A stretch of DNA of 64,000 nt from Eutreptiella sp. 'Long Island Sound 2002' (Eukaryota > Protista > Euglenida): the NCBI GenBank assembly GCA_964036045.1, contig OZ038378.1, positions 178,870,001 through 178,934,000 of the forward strand. The letters are read 5' to 3'. Under the pieces are notes generated by a model that saw nothing but the letters and a program-made list of their open reading frames with translations, made no database searches and had not been told where the DNA came from. Both the position numbers and the translations under genes were made by a program. Each line of letters starts with the position of its first letter. Within the stretch, counting starts at the first letter, position 1. Below, piece by piece: positions 33,789-46,284 of the stretch.

Positions 33789-35549
33789 CAGGCCTGTAAG
33801 CTCACCGCCACCACACTCACCCACTCACCACCAGGGCCTTGCAAAACGGGCAAAACGGTGCAAAACGGTGCAAAACGGTGCAAAACGGTGCAAAACGGGT
33901 GCAAAACGGGAGAAAAACGATTGAATGGTCAAAAGCGAAGATGGGGAAATGGTGGTAGGACAGTGGGGTTGTGGTGGATGACAACATTGACAAGCCTCCC
34001 GGAAGATTGCATGCACAATGCAACACCATGGACATCATTTCCTTTGAGTATGCGGTTGTTATGAGGCATCCACGACGCCGTTGAATCCAAATGAGACATA
34101 CACTTTGTGCAACGCATAAGTCATATTGTATTGCTTTTTTGAGCGCACATTCTTCCACATGGAAAAGGAGCGCTCCACGTCACATGAGGTGTGCGGAATG
34201 CACAAGGTTTGGATAGCATATGGATACATCGTGGGTAGGCGGTCTTTCATGCTATCCCACATTGGTGAATATCGAAATCACCGTTATCCGGGACCACACA
34301 CGCCTTGTACAATGCCCATTCACCATTGTCGACCACCTGGGCCTGCACATTGTTGGGAAGCATCAGAGGGTATGCAGCAGGGTCCATGGGCAGGTTTGGG
34401 GGGATCAATGGTCGGTTCCAATAGACTGAATGTCCCCGCCATAGACAATTCCAGCCATTAGTCCAGCAGTACTGCGATGTCCAATCAATGCACGTGTCCC
34501 CTTCTTGGTTGGGGTGCTCCACTATGTAAAGTACAGTGAGGCGTTTTTTGCGGTTAGCTCTGCGGGTTACTTGAGTGCCTGTCCTTTCTGCCGACTCTAA
34601 AGAACAACCAGGATCAATAAAATAGCAGTCGGGCAGGTTTGGTAGTTGTTTGGGGTCAAAGATGCGTGCTTGTTTCGCAAAATCCATATGCTTGGACACA
34701 TACTTCCACAATTTTGCATGCACAGCTCCTAAGCACTCCAAAAACTGCTTGGTCCAATGGTCAACATCATGCACATTGGTACCACCGACTGTCTTGCGAT
34801 GCAAACGCACATTTGTGAGGTTGCGCAAAGTTTTCTTGGTCACCAACTCTTGCAATGTCGCATGTAGTGAAAACATTCGGTTATACACACGATGCATCTG
34901 TGGTTGCCGCCGATTCTGAGGGTTGCCATGCAACAGAGTGGCTGAGGTTGACACTTGAACACGATCCAAGAGCTCAAAAACCTCTTTAACATGCTCAACA
35001 ACAACCTCTGTTGCTCCTCCGCAATCTTCTTTTTGGCCTCATCCCTCTTCCCAAGGCGCAAGACTCCAAGGGTTTTGTCCTCCACTTTCACATAGCTAGG
35101 GGTCCTTGCACCAGAATAATCTGTTGGATGAAACACAATGCAACTCATTCTTAAGGGACAGCAATACACCTGCTTTCAATCCAGTGATGCCCACATCCTT
35201 TGCTTTGAAACGTGTCAACTTCCTTGAGGCATCATAACTAGTCCACCACTCCTGCTTGACTGCCCAACTGTTGTTCACAAAAAGTGAAGGATTGTGTGCA
35301 CAAAAACTTGGGGGATCCATAGCACTACACAAAAGGGGGAAACATGAGAACACTGCACCGTTGAGTATTTGCAAGAGTCTGAGCCTGAGCCTGAATACAA
35401 CCCCAGCCATGCAAGCACTACAAGACACGCAAGAGAAGTCCCCTTCCCAAGCTGTTATTAAAAACTACACACCACCACTCACCAACTGCAAAACGGGCAA
35501 AATGGGAACGCACCGCACTCACCGAAAAGTCGGTGAGCTTACACCCCTG
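33789..35549 (-). mobile_element. hAT DNA transposon, internally degenerate, ~1.76 kb
   Basis: 19-bp TIRs CAGGCCTGTAAGCTCACCG / CAGGGGTGTAAGCTCACCG (17/19); TGGACACG at 33781-33788 and 35548-35555; C-terminal hAT dimerisation motif WDSMKDRLPTMYPYAIQTLCIPHTSCDVERSFS (34262-34059); subterminal AAAACGG x7. Confidence 0.88.
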
Positions 35550-37620
35550 GACACGGGGGGGTACAAAGAACATGCAGCAACCGCCAACCCCCCCGGCCTG
35601 ACTGCAACACAGCACCACCGCCCACTGCTTTGGCTTTAATCCCAACTCACTCTGTTTATGCTCCACTATGAAATCACCAAGGTGCCGCATTTGTCTCCCA
35701 TCAGACCTCATACCCATGAGGCAAACTTTGTTCCTCCTGTTGTGCTGCATCCAAAATCAAATGCTGGGCTGTCTAAACATTGAGGGTAGCCAAAACTCCT
35801 TAAACTCTGTGGGGTTCATGGCCAACAAACTAAGTCTGTGTTCAGGCAATAAGACAATGCATTTCAATTGCAAATTCCGCAGATTGATGTACTTTGTAGA
35901 CCAAACCATACAAACAAACCAAACCATACAACTTGCAGTTCAGCACATGGTGCCACCACCTTAGTGTTGGCAAGTGTTTGGCAAACCCACTGAATTGCTG
36001 CACTTTGTTGCTGCAAATCAGCTTCTGTTGTATACCACTAGGATGTAGAATTGGTGAAAAAAAAAAACCCACCCTAGAAAAATAAGCCAAAATAGTCTTC
36101 AAGCTCGATACTATTTTAACCGCAGCTTAGCTGCTGGAACTGGGCACCATTACACACACTGCCCAGACTAAGCGCATTTCTCACAATTGCACATCTTTTT
36201 CCTAAAAACACCGATTTTCCGCTAACCGAGGGTGCAACTTGACAAAAAACCCGACCCTACCCAAAAAAAGCGGCCTGAGGTCTCCCATGTTAGCACCAAT
36301 TGCACCAAATTAGACCTAATTTCTGAAAATGGACAAGGTCACAGACCCTCCCCACACTATGGGGCGCCATAAGCACACTGCACACACAGTGCAACTATGG
36401 GGGAATGTTTGCCCGGCGCGCACCCAGCGCGCTACTTTTGTATTAACAATCCCAATACATGCCACTCCTCACCACTGCAACATATCAAACTTTTGTGTGG
36501 AGGCCTCTATACTCTTTATACTCCCTTCACACAATTTACAGTCACCCCTATCAACATTAGTACGTTGCACGTTGCACATGTGGAAAAATAAGAGGAAATC
36601 AGTCTATGGAAGCGGGAAGTGCTGCCATAATGGTGGGTCCCAGGACGTGTGCTTGCTTTGCCATTTCCATATTCTTCTTTCTTGCACATGTACACTGTGC
36701 AAGAGTGCACTCAAAAAGGGGTGGGTCCACGTATGCCAACTGTATAGGGCCACGACAACACAACACAGCACAACAACACAATTCAGAATTCCTGATAAAC
36801 TTACTCTCTGCATGGGAAGCCAAAGAAACAAGCACTCGCTGGATCCTCCCGGAGATAGAGGAGGGTTGAAATATGAAGGCAGAAGATACGTGGTTGCGAT
36901 GCACTTGCCACACCATGACTCGGCCTTTTCGTGTACGCACACACCCATTTCCCTTTGTAGTTGCCAGGAAGCCCGTTGCCCTTGGCCGGAGGCCAAAAGG
37001 TGATTGACCAACACAATGGACGGCATCCTCAACATGGGCCTGGTACTGAGATTGGGCATATGGACGGGCGAACACCTTGAAGCAGGCACATCATGCTGGG
37101 GCTTCATCGTACAGGGGTTCACGGGTCAATCATTAGAGCCCAACCTTGGAAAGACGCCGGTCGGGTTACTTGTGGGCACTGGTTTTCCTCCTCCAAGATG
37201 GATAAAGGCTCTCAGGACCAGTCGAGGGAAAAAATGACAGATCAGACCAACACCAAGAACGCAGAGTCCGCAACCCACAAATTTGCACACGTTTGGATGA
37301 CAGGGTTCGCTCTTCCACTCGCCCAAGGGGGAGCAGGTTCACGGAAGTGTCACAACTGGTGTACTGGAACCAGGACTTATGTCCGAAATCAGGAACTCCC
37401 TTTTCCAAAATCCATCTTCACAATCACCTCGACGTTGTACAATGGCACAGGCATCGGGCAGTTCTATTCAGGCAGCATTTACAGCACCGCGATGGAGTCC
37501 AATACAGTGCCCAGTACGGCCCACAAATCTCGATATTTCTCTGAGCTCTTGACGCATCCGACTCCCGGGCACTCCACTCCTGTGTCTACTCGTCGCCTCA
37601 GTCACTTCGCCCACCGCTGT

Positions 37621-38862
37621 TCACAGCTCTGTGCGAGACGGATTCACCCTCGCAGCGACGGCGCCCGCCAGGAAATTCAGGAGCAGCCGCGCGTTGTCGC
37701 CACGCTGGAGCGTACCCCCATTCCAGTAGCAGGCGTCAGCCAGCCAGTGGTAGTTGGAGCACACGAGGACGCGCCCCTTCTGGGCCGCAGGGCTACCGGG
37801 CGGGTAAAAGCACAGCGTCGTGAGGCCCTCCGTGGGCATCATGAAGTTGAGGGTTGCTGGGGCTGCAGGGTGCAGGTCGCAAAGCTTGACCGCGCCGCCC
37901 GCAAAGCCCTCCTCGGTGATGCAGAACACGCTCTCGCCCGTGTTCACGAACTGGCCGCTCGCTGCGACGGCAAAGGGGCCACTGGCCCCGCACAGTCGCG
38001 CGGTCTCGGCGCAGGCCGTCACGTCCTGGCGGAACGTGTGCGAGTGGCGCGGGAGGAACTCGGCACCGGCGATGGTGCGGATGCCGAGCCAGCCCACGGT
38101 CTCCGCGGCGAAGTGGCCGTGCCGACTCCAGTTGGAGAAGGCGGAGACGATGAGCGCCCCGCCCTCCTGCACCCACCCCTGGAGCGCGTGCACCTCGTCG
38201 GGCGCCAGCGCCGGGCCCTCGGTCGTGCACAGGACGAGGGCGTCGACGCCGCGGAGCGCCTCGGGGGAGAGCGTGCACAGGTCCTCGTGCCTTACCGTGA
38301 AGTGGTCGCGGAGGAGAGAGTGCAGCTCCGAGAAGCCGCCCGAGCGGAGCGAAGACGAGCCGGTGCGCGCGCGGCCCAGCTGGCCAAGCGTCAGCGTGAA
38401 CGAGGACGTCCGCGCCGCCACGCAGGGGCAACGGGCACCTCCGGTGGGGGCGAGCAGCGTGCCACCGCATGAGGGCAGGCACGGGCAGGCGGGCGGGACG
38501 CGCGTGCCGTCGCGGTGCGTTCGCACGTGTCGATTCGCCGAGGCCTGTTGAGCGTAGGCGAGGGTGAGGAACCGTGCACGGGGCGATGGGCCTGCCATGG
38601 GGGATGCTGCGGCCTGGCCAACGTCCGGGTAAAAGCGCTGAAGGAGGTTCACCCACAGACCGGGCCTCGTCGCTGCGGCGTTTGCTGCACGGCAAGACTG
38701 GCCAAATAGACCGATGCTCGGGAGCGTTAGGTAGCCAACGATGTGCACGAGGAGCTCCCCTGGTAGGACGGAGACGAGCGGCTGGTGGTGAGGAAGTGCT
38801 TGAAATTCGGCCTGGGAGATGTCCATGGGGTCTGTGCCCGGTGCAGATTCCTTGGATCCCAT
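37621..38862 (-). CDS. Intronless F-box protein with C-terminal class-I GATase-like (DUF4350/GIFT-like) domain, 413 aa
   Basis: F-box motif LPGELLVHIVGYLTLPSIGLFGQSCRAANAAATRPGLW; C-terminal LRGVDALVL...DEVHALQGWVQEGGALIV...GRVLV...DNARLLLN; strong GC3 bias. Confidence 0.88.
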   Translation of the reverse strand: MGSKESAPGTDPMDISQAEFQALPHHQPLVSVLPGELLVHIVGYLTLPSIGLFGQSCRAANAAATRPGLWVNLLQRFYPDVGQAAASPMAGPSPRARFLTLAYAQQASANRHVRTHRDGTRVPPACPCLPSCGGTLLAPTGGARCPCVAARTSSFTLTLGQLGRARTGSSSLRSGGFSELHSLLRDHFTVRHEDLCTLSPEALRGVDALVLCTTEGPALAPDEVHALQGWVQEGGALIVSAFSNWSRHGHFAAETVGWLGIRTIAGAEFLPRHSHTFRQDVTACAETARLCGASGPFAVAASGQFVNTGESVFCITEEGFAGGAVKLCDLHPAAPATLNFMMPTEGLTTLCFYPPGSPAAQKGRVLVCSNYHWLADACYWNGGTLQRGDNARLLLNFLAGAVAARVNPSRTEL

Positions 38863-39038
38863 GGATGAGGTGTCGCCTTCCGAGATTCGAACAGGAAAAA
38901 CACGCTACAAACAAGGGTGTTTGTTCATCTCGACAACGGGCAATTCAAATCATGCTTGAAGTGCGAGGTTTGACACCTATGCCCTACTGCTAACCATGAG
39001 TTCTGATCTCCACGTGCCCCGTCGGCAGGCTTCAGGAA

Positions 39039-39210
39039 TGCGTGCGTGCGTGCGTGCGTGCGTGCGGTGCCGTGCGTGCGTGCGTGCGGGCGTGCGGGCG
39101 TCCGTGCGTGCGTGCGGTGCCATGCGTGCGTGCGGTGCCTGCGTTGGTGCCGTGCGTGCGTGCGTGCGTGTGTGCGTGCGTCGGTGCCGTGCGTGCGTGC
39201 GTGCGTGCGT

Positions 39211-39247
<37 letters not shown>
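39039..39247 (+). repeat. Compound (GCGT)n/(GT)n microsatellite upstream of the F-box gene
   Basis: Directly visible. Confidence 0.95.
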
Positions 39248-39249
<2 letters not shown>

Positions 39250-40149
39250 GGGTTTCACCATTTTTATCAGGTCTCCGGGTTGAGCCTGTACGGCCACACT
39301 GGCGTTCTCGGGTCACCAGTGCGATATGCACTTTAGGCCAGAACCTGGCTCGCTGCCCCAGGACCACCCTGGAAGTGGCGTGGTGGCTCTATGGCTTCCA
39401 CCGGGCTAGCTCCACGGTATCAGTTCAATACGCCGGGCCAGCTCCACAGTATTAGTTCAACGAGCCTGTCATTGCCATGTTGCCCCGTGTGTTGTGTGTG
39501 TAATGGGGCTTTCACAGCTGGTGGTGCTCGTGCCAAGAGTCCCAAGTCGCCAAGGGACCAATGGTCAAGACAACCACTTCACCAGCTCCGCTTTCCAACG
39601 ATACCTTGATACCTTGATAGTAATCATGGACTACACATCACAAATCATATCACTGAGCAAAATGTGCAAGAGACTATGGAGTCGTCTCCGTGGATTACGC
39701 ATCACCAGCACCAGGGCATGGAACTGGGTTAAGAATGACGTTGTGCGGATGTATAAGGTGCGTCATCTTATAGTGCAATTCAACGACAATACTGCCGAAT
39801 TGCGAATATTCATACTCTAACATCGGGTGTCTTTGTGACTTTGACCCAAGGCGGTCCTTAACGGGAAAAAAATAGTGTTCCGTTACACAGTTTTCCCAAA
39901 AAAGCCCGCGGGCACTCCATGTGTTCAACCATTGGTTCCTAGCCCTTCATATCTTCACCCAGGGGTTCCCAACTGTTCAACCATGAGTTCCTAGGCCCAC
40001 ATGTGTGCAATCACTCAACCATATGTTCCCACCCCACATGTGTTCAATGGTAGCATCCGAACCCTACCTAACACCGTGCACAATTGAACATGAAAGGGCT
40101 CATCAAAAACCTCACACGGCCCCCTGTCCTCTGGTGCTTCCCCATTGCA

Positions 40150-41085
40150 CCTCACCCACAACGTCTCACACATGCGCTCCGTGCTCTGGCCAAAGTCGGT
40201 AGCCGTCACGTAGCTAAACACTCTCGCACACGAACATGAGCTTGCCTCAACCCAATCCTCCACTTTAGCACTACCAACCCATTGAGATCCATTGAAGTGT
40301 GTTTGCACATCTTCAAATCCGAGTGCGAAGAAACTTGATATGCCTACCCTTGATGGGGCTGCTCCCTACCTCAACACCCAACGATTCCTCCCACCCCATT
40401 GGAATGACGTGACGCATGGTGTGCAAAAGCTGTGTGCACATCACGTTCATCAAACCCTGGACGGTGGAGACTCGTGCACCCCGGGTCGCTTGAACTTTCT
40501 TGCTTGTGGCACAAACCACAGCAAAAACATGGCAAAAAAAAGGGCCGCCGTGAACTTGAAAAGGGGGTGCAAAAGAGCATCCAACAAGCCCTCGGCCTTC
40601 TCCTACGCCCAAGGTAGGCCTCATTATTAATGTGCCCAAGAAGGTGCACGAGAACAGCAGGAAGGTTCTCTGGAGCGATGTCCAACTCATGGAACATGGC
40701 TTCCACCCATTGCACACCAGTGCGATGCGAGGAACAAAACTTACCACCTTTGCGCGACAACCCGCACATTCTTTTTGAACTTGTTCTGTAGAAACAACAC
40801 AAGAAGGACACAAAGTCATCCAATGCATGATACTCGACTTTGACCCTTCCCTTCGCTGTGCTAATTGCTCGGATCGGGCAATGAGCCGCATCCTTTACCC
40901 ACCTTACGTGCTTTCTCCCTTGCAGCATTTAGCCGATCCACATAAGCACCCATGGTGCCTGCACCATCACAGACCACTGCTATGAGGCGCTCCTCAATAA
41001 CCTTCCCCTCCATGTCCAACTTCTCAAAAACCTTCCGAACTGTCTCATCACATACTTCAGCGTTGGCAGCATCCGCATTTGCAGT
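40150..41085 (-). mobile_element. Degenerate hAT-like transposase relic, family 2, copy A
   Basis: KVIEERLIAVVCDGAGTMG fits the hAT catalytic xxDGA..M.G motif, followed by a degenerate (H)RIALV; homologous to 53160-54200. Confidence 0.55.
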
Positions 41086-42289
41086 CGTTTTACCGGAGCA
41101 ATAAAATGCAGCAAATGGTACCTACACCCGTCGCTCTGCAGCGAGTGCTCTCCTTGGTGCCTACTCCCATCGCTCTACGGCAAGTGCATTTGTTTTGGTT
41201 TAGGTTTCGGCACACAAAGGTTTGGGTTTGGGCACCATTTGCTGCTTCAAATTTCATCAAGGGTGCCACCCCTACAACCACTTGTTAAACAGCGCATTCA
41301 CACGCGCGCAAACACAACGCCACGTAACAAAGATTGGCCCGGTTTCCTCCATAGTACCGGAAGGTCGTGTCCAAGACAAAGGACGGTTACGTTCCATGTA
41401 GATACTGAAACCACCGAACCAGAGCTCACGTGAGCCCCTGAGAAGACATGGGTGAGGTAGCCAATTCTGATTTTGTGCCCTTTCTATTGGCGAACCCCGA
41501 GAATCCAGGGGTTACGTAGCAATTTTGCCCTCTTTTGGGCCCCTGAGAGGGCAGGGGTGAGGTAGCCAATTCTGATTTTGTCCCCTTTTGATTGGGGGCC
41601 CCCAAGAATGCAGGAGTTACACAACAACATCGCCCTCTTTCGGGCCCCCGAGAAGGCAGGGGTGAGGTAGCTAATTCTAATTTTGTCCCCTTTCTATGGG
41701 CCTGATGGGCCTGATCCATAGGTAACAGGGTGGGGGGTACCCGGGTAAACGGGGTGGCATACGGTGGTAAGGGATCATATTCTTTGCATATTAGGGCCTT
41801 CGGCCCCACACGGGGCGCTACATGGGGGGGAGGGGCAGACATGGGGGGGGGAGGGGCAGACATGGGGGGGGGGGGGGCGGAGCTCTCATATACCATATAT
41901 AGAAAAAAAAATTAGATATTCGCAAACTGCAGAGAAGAGAAGAAGAAGAAGGAGATCGAAGACAAGGTGGGCCAAATTTTGATTTTTATGAATTTACTTC
42001 ATATTTGACTTGTGCATTAAATTGCGGGCATTTTGACCATTGACGTGTGGAGGGAACATTTACCCCTTGAGGTGGGCACCAAAAAAAAATTCTGCATTGC
42101 AAGCACCAAGACCCCCAAAACCACTATCTTTCAAAATCGGGGGGATGGGGGTTGGCATACGATTAACCCTGTGAAAGCACCCATGGGGGACCATAAACAT
42201 ATGCACACCCACGTTTGGGAACTGCAAAAACAAGAATAAAAGCACAAGAAAAGCAGCCAGAGAAACTTCTTAGGAGCTGCACAGCAGCC

Positions 42290-42725
42290 TTATGGCTGCA
42301 TGACCCCTGCCGTCTCAGCAGTACACCCAAAAATAGTCTGCACTGCTTATCCCCATCTCAGCACCACATCCAAAAAAACAGTCCAGATTCTGGTTGCACA
42401 TCCTCTGCTGTCTCTGGGCCTCCCCAAAAAACAGTGTGGGTTGTGGCTGCATAGCCCCTGCTGTCCCAGCACCACTCTGAAAGACGGTGTGTAGTGTGGC
42501 TGCATATCACCTGCCATCATGGTGCCGCACCAAAAATAGTGTGCATGGTGGCTGCATGTCTCCTGCCACCTCGGCGCCACATCCAAAAACAGCGCAGGTT
42601 CTGGCTCAATATCCCCTGCCGTCTCTCAGCCTCACCCAAAAACAGTGTGGATTATGGTTGCATATCCCTGGCCGTCCCAGAGCCACACCCAAAAAAATTG
42701 TGGATTGTGGTTTCATATCCCTCAC
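42290..42725 (+). repeat. Diverged ~52-bp tandem repeat (~8 units)
   Basis: Consensus approximately tggctgcatatcccctgccgtctcagcaccacacccaaaaacagtgtggattg. Confidence 0.8.
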
Positions 42726-44659
42726 CGTCTGGGGAGCACACACCAAATGGGGTGAGCCTGCCCCCCCCCCCCCCTTCAGGGGATGAAAAAACCCAAAGGG
42801 AGAAAAAACCCTCCCCGTGGTACCAAAATGACCAAACACAGGCCGGGGGGGGCACCCTTTTGGGAGGGGATTCACCTCAACCAGGTACCCCACCAATTTC
42901 ATCTCAACTCCTAACTGGTCCTTGCACTGCCCAAACACCTTGCCTCACACATGCTCTGAAACTAAGCAAACGGCAAGTCCAATGCACGATCACAGCGGAT
43001 TTCTAAGACTATGTACAATGCCTGTGGCAGGAATGTCATTGCCTGGAATCACCACACCCCAGGTCCCCAATATGAACGTGGGTGGCTGATTGCACATGCA
43101 CCGAACCCCATACCCATGAGAAACCCTGGCCTCACACACAGACAAAGCCGTGCCATGGGAATGCACAGGCACAAAGAAACACAAATCACCCATTTGCTGT
43201 CGGAGAAAAACACACCTGCAGCTCTTGCTACCACCTGCTTTGGCACACATCTCCACAAAACACAGTCAGCCCAAAGACCGACCCGAAAATAGCACTCAGG
43301 AGAACCAGGCAATACACACCGGGAGCCAATATGTACAACACGCAACCATGGATGTGAGGTAGAGAATGAAAGGCGGCAGATCTGCACTTGGTTGGGGCTG
43401 CAACAAGACGCATCCTGGCCCAGCAGGCCCTCCCACAAAAAAACACAGCGAACAAGGGTTGGCGTGCAGGCTTGGCTTCATTCAGCAGCATGCTCGCTCA
43501 CAGTCCAATAACAGGCGTTGCCCGCATGGACATCCAGCCTGCCACACACAACTCATGCTTCTAAGCAGAACAGCTCTGGAATCACACGATGTAGTTGTTT
43601 TGACACTAACATATTGCCAGACAGAGTAAAATCTGATCGCTACCTCTGGCCCAGTCGGGGCTAGAGGGGCTAGTCATTGGGGGATTTGGGAGGCGGGCTG
43701 GGGCTGAAATGAAATGCCATCCTCCTGCAGTCCATGGTGCGCAGGGCTTGAAATCTGAACGCACCATATCTTACAGCTGTGGCTACTCAAAACAAAATTT
43801 GGCCTTCAAAACAATGCATGAACTGCTTTACCTTTGAGAAGGGAAGAAGGTGTCTTCGGGTGATCCTGCGGTACTGTTCTAAAGATCCTCTGCTTCGTAG
43901 CGCTGGGGACTGCATGCAGTCTACACCCGCAGCTGCCAGGACTTGCAGAGCGCGTGTGCCAGCAATGGGACCTACAGCAATCTCTGGCCCAGCACCAACC
44001 CTGTGCAGACTCTGCAAAGCAGGCTCTGCAGACACTGCATTCAACAGTGGAGATGGTGCAAACAGTGTCTGTGTGTGTGTGTGTGTGTGTGCCGGGGGCA
44101 ACCGTGCAAACACCCACTTGCATGTCACGCATACACAGAGAGTGCAGACGCATTACCCACATGCAGCACCTCGCAATAACCACACACATACACGTTGGGA
44201 ACCGCGAGACAAGAACAAAGCAAGAAAAGCGGTGGAAAGAAAACTCCTCAGGAACAGCAGAGCTGTCCTAGACGTCTTTCGGTCTGGTGAAGATGAGGGT
44301 AATGGAAGCATGTTCAGTGCTGGGCAAAGCAAATAAACCTGCTCCCTTCCCCAGACCACAAAAACAGCCCACGGAGGAGCTCGTACTACACACACACACA
44401 CACAACCATTACGCACACGCAGGCACACCCGCGTGAACCCACACAAATGTGTTCTAGCATACATTTGCATGCAGAGACACCTGCCTGCGCACACGAAGAG
44501 ACGTACACTAATCGAGCAGGAGGAGGGGGGAGCGAGTAGTGGAAACAATGTTGGAGAATTGGACAGAGACGCCTCTATGAAAGTGCAGGTGAGAGTGGAA
44601 TGTGTGTCGTATTGCTATTGTCTGAATAGTACCACTGGAGGTAAGAGGAGCACCCCTGA

Positions 44660-45161
44660 TCAGGACCCCATACCAGGGACGAATTTCACACACTCATCCT
44701 TCACACTTTTGAGATTCCCACTGGCACGTCCAATTGAGACGTTGGTCGCGTCAATGCAGTGCCAGCCCGCTGGTGCCCCGCATGAAATGAGGAAGACTGT
44801 CCAATATGACATCACAAGAGGACGGGGTGCCAAATCAGCCTCAGGCTTGCAGCAAGGACGGTACGGCATGCACGCATATGCACCACCATTCAGAAGCATG
44901 CCCTCAGCTTCCAGGATGCACGAGGGGGCGCTGGAGGCAAGTCGCTCACCACCGCTGCTGAGCACATTGCATCACCAACCACTCATTGCCCCACGACTGC
45001 ACGGAGCCGCACCACAAACTCACCGCAGCGACACTCATCAAAAACTGTCTTGAAAAAGACACGGGTGGCTGGCGGACAATGAGCGGGAGTGTAGTCGGTC
45101 ATGCAGACGCTCGAGATCATCTGGGAGCTCAGGGCTCAGATGCACACGGTCCCGTGGAGGC
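44660..45161 (-). CDS. Tentative terminal exons of the exonuclease-like gene (45161-45063 and 44957-44660)
   Basis: ccttacag| and tgctcag| acceptors are phase 2/2 compatible with each other, but not with the phase-1 donor at 48430, so an exon is missing or the link is wrong. Confidence 0.3.
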
Positions 45162-46284
45162 CTGTAAGGTGTGAAAGCAGGTGTCAAGGCTGCACAGTTG
45201 CATATGTATACCAGAGAATCAGGGGGCATGTGCGGCAGGGAGCAGAACGAGACTGGTTGAGGGGGTCGTATTTTGTTTAAAAGGGGGTGAGCCCGAAAAA
45301 AATCAGTGGACTGTTCCGGTGTGCACTCGGCATGAAGCGTAAGGGTTTGTTTCACACCTTTTGTTTGGATGAGGGCCACAGAGACGAGCATCCTGACCTT
45401 CGCATTCAAACCATCAAGGCTCAATTAAAGTGCCTATCACAATGTGAAAACACTGGCGGGCACAGTCCCAAACATGCTTTCCATCATTTGCCATATGCCC
45501 GAGCAAATAAACCCAGACCAGGGGAGCGGGTGTTGCCAGTAGATTAGGAAGGAGGTTTTGGACCTGTGTGGAGGAGACACAGGCCTGTCGGTGATTGTCG
45601 ACAAACGGCTACACCCCCCCCCCACCCCTGCCCCGCAAGTTACGGACGGGTTGCGAGTATTTCTCCCCGAGGCATTACTAGTTGGGACCCCCCCTTACCC
45701 CACACCTGCATGCCCCCACTGGAGCCGAAGCCTGTGACCTTCGCGCTACAGGCAATGACCCGCTGTGACACCTGCCAAAATCCATAGCAACAGCCTGGAA
45801 ACCATATCCCAGGGTCTAACCCTGGAGGCTAGACGTCCATTGCACCCCCAAACCAGGGCTATGGCTAGTTTTCTGAAAATTTCTCATGCTAGAATGCAAC
45901 ATTCCTCGCTCACTGTACGCAGTCATCACAGTCGAATTTTTGGAAGTTGAATTGGACAATAAGTCAGCATTACAGCTCTGCTGTTTTCTTTCTCTGATTT
46001 TCCATTGCCCTTCTACTTGTTTCTACTTGCAATTTGGATCTGTCTGCAGGTACCTGATTGAGCAGTTGAACAGGGCTGATGCCAGGTTCCCAGGTTCCCA
46101 TCCCTGGATATTTGCAGCTATCCTGTTGCCAAACTCTTTTGTTACATTCATGCAGTCCATTGGCTAAAATTTGTCTGGAAAATTTCTTGGGGGCTAGTGG
46201 TCTTCTAGACGCCTTGAATTCCAGAAGGGCTCACACCAGCAGAAGGGAATGCTGTTGATGCACCCAGTCCACAGCAGGCATCGT

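Noticed and set aside
37793-38914. 373-aa alternative-frame ORF and 459-aa antisense ORF over the F-box gene
   Set aside because: Shadow ORFs expected from high GC3; no motifs.
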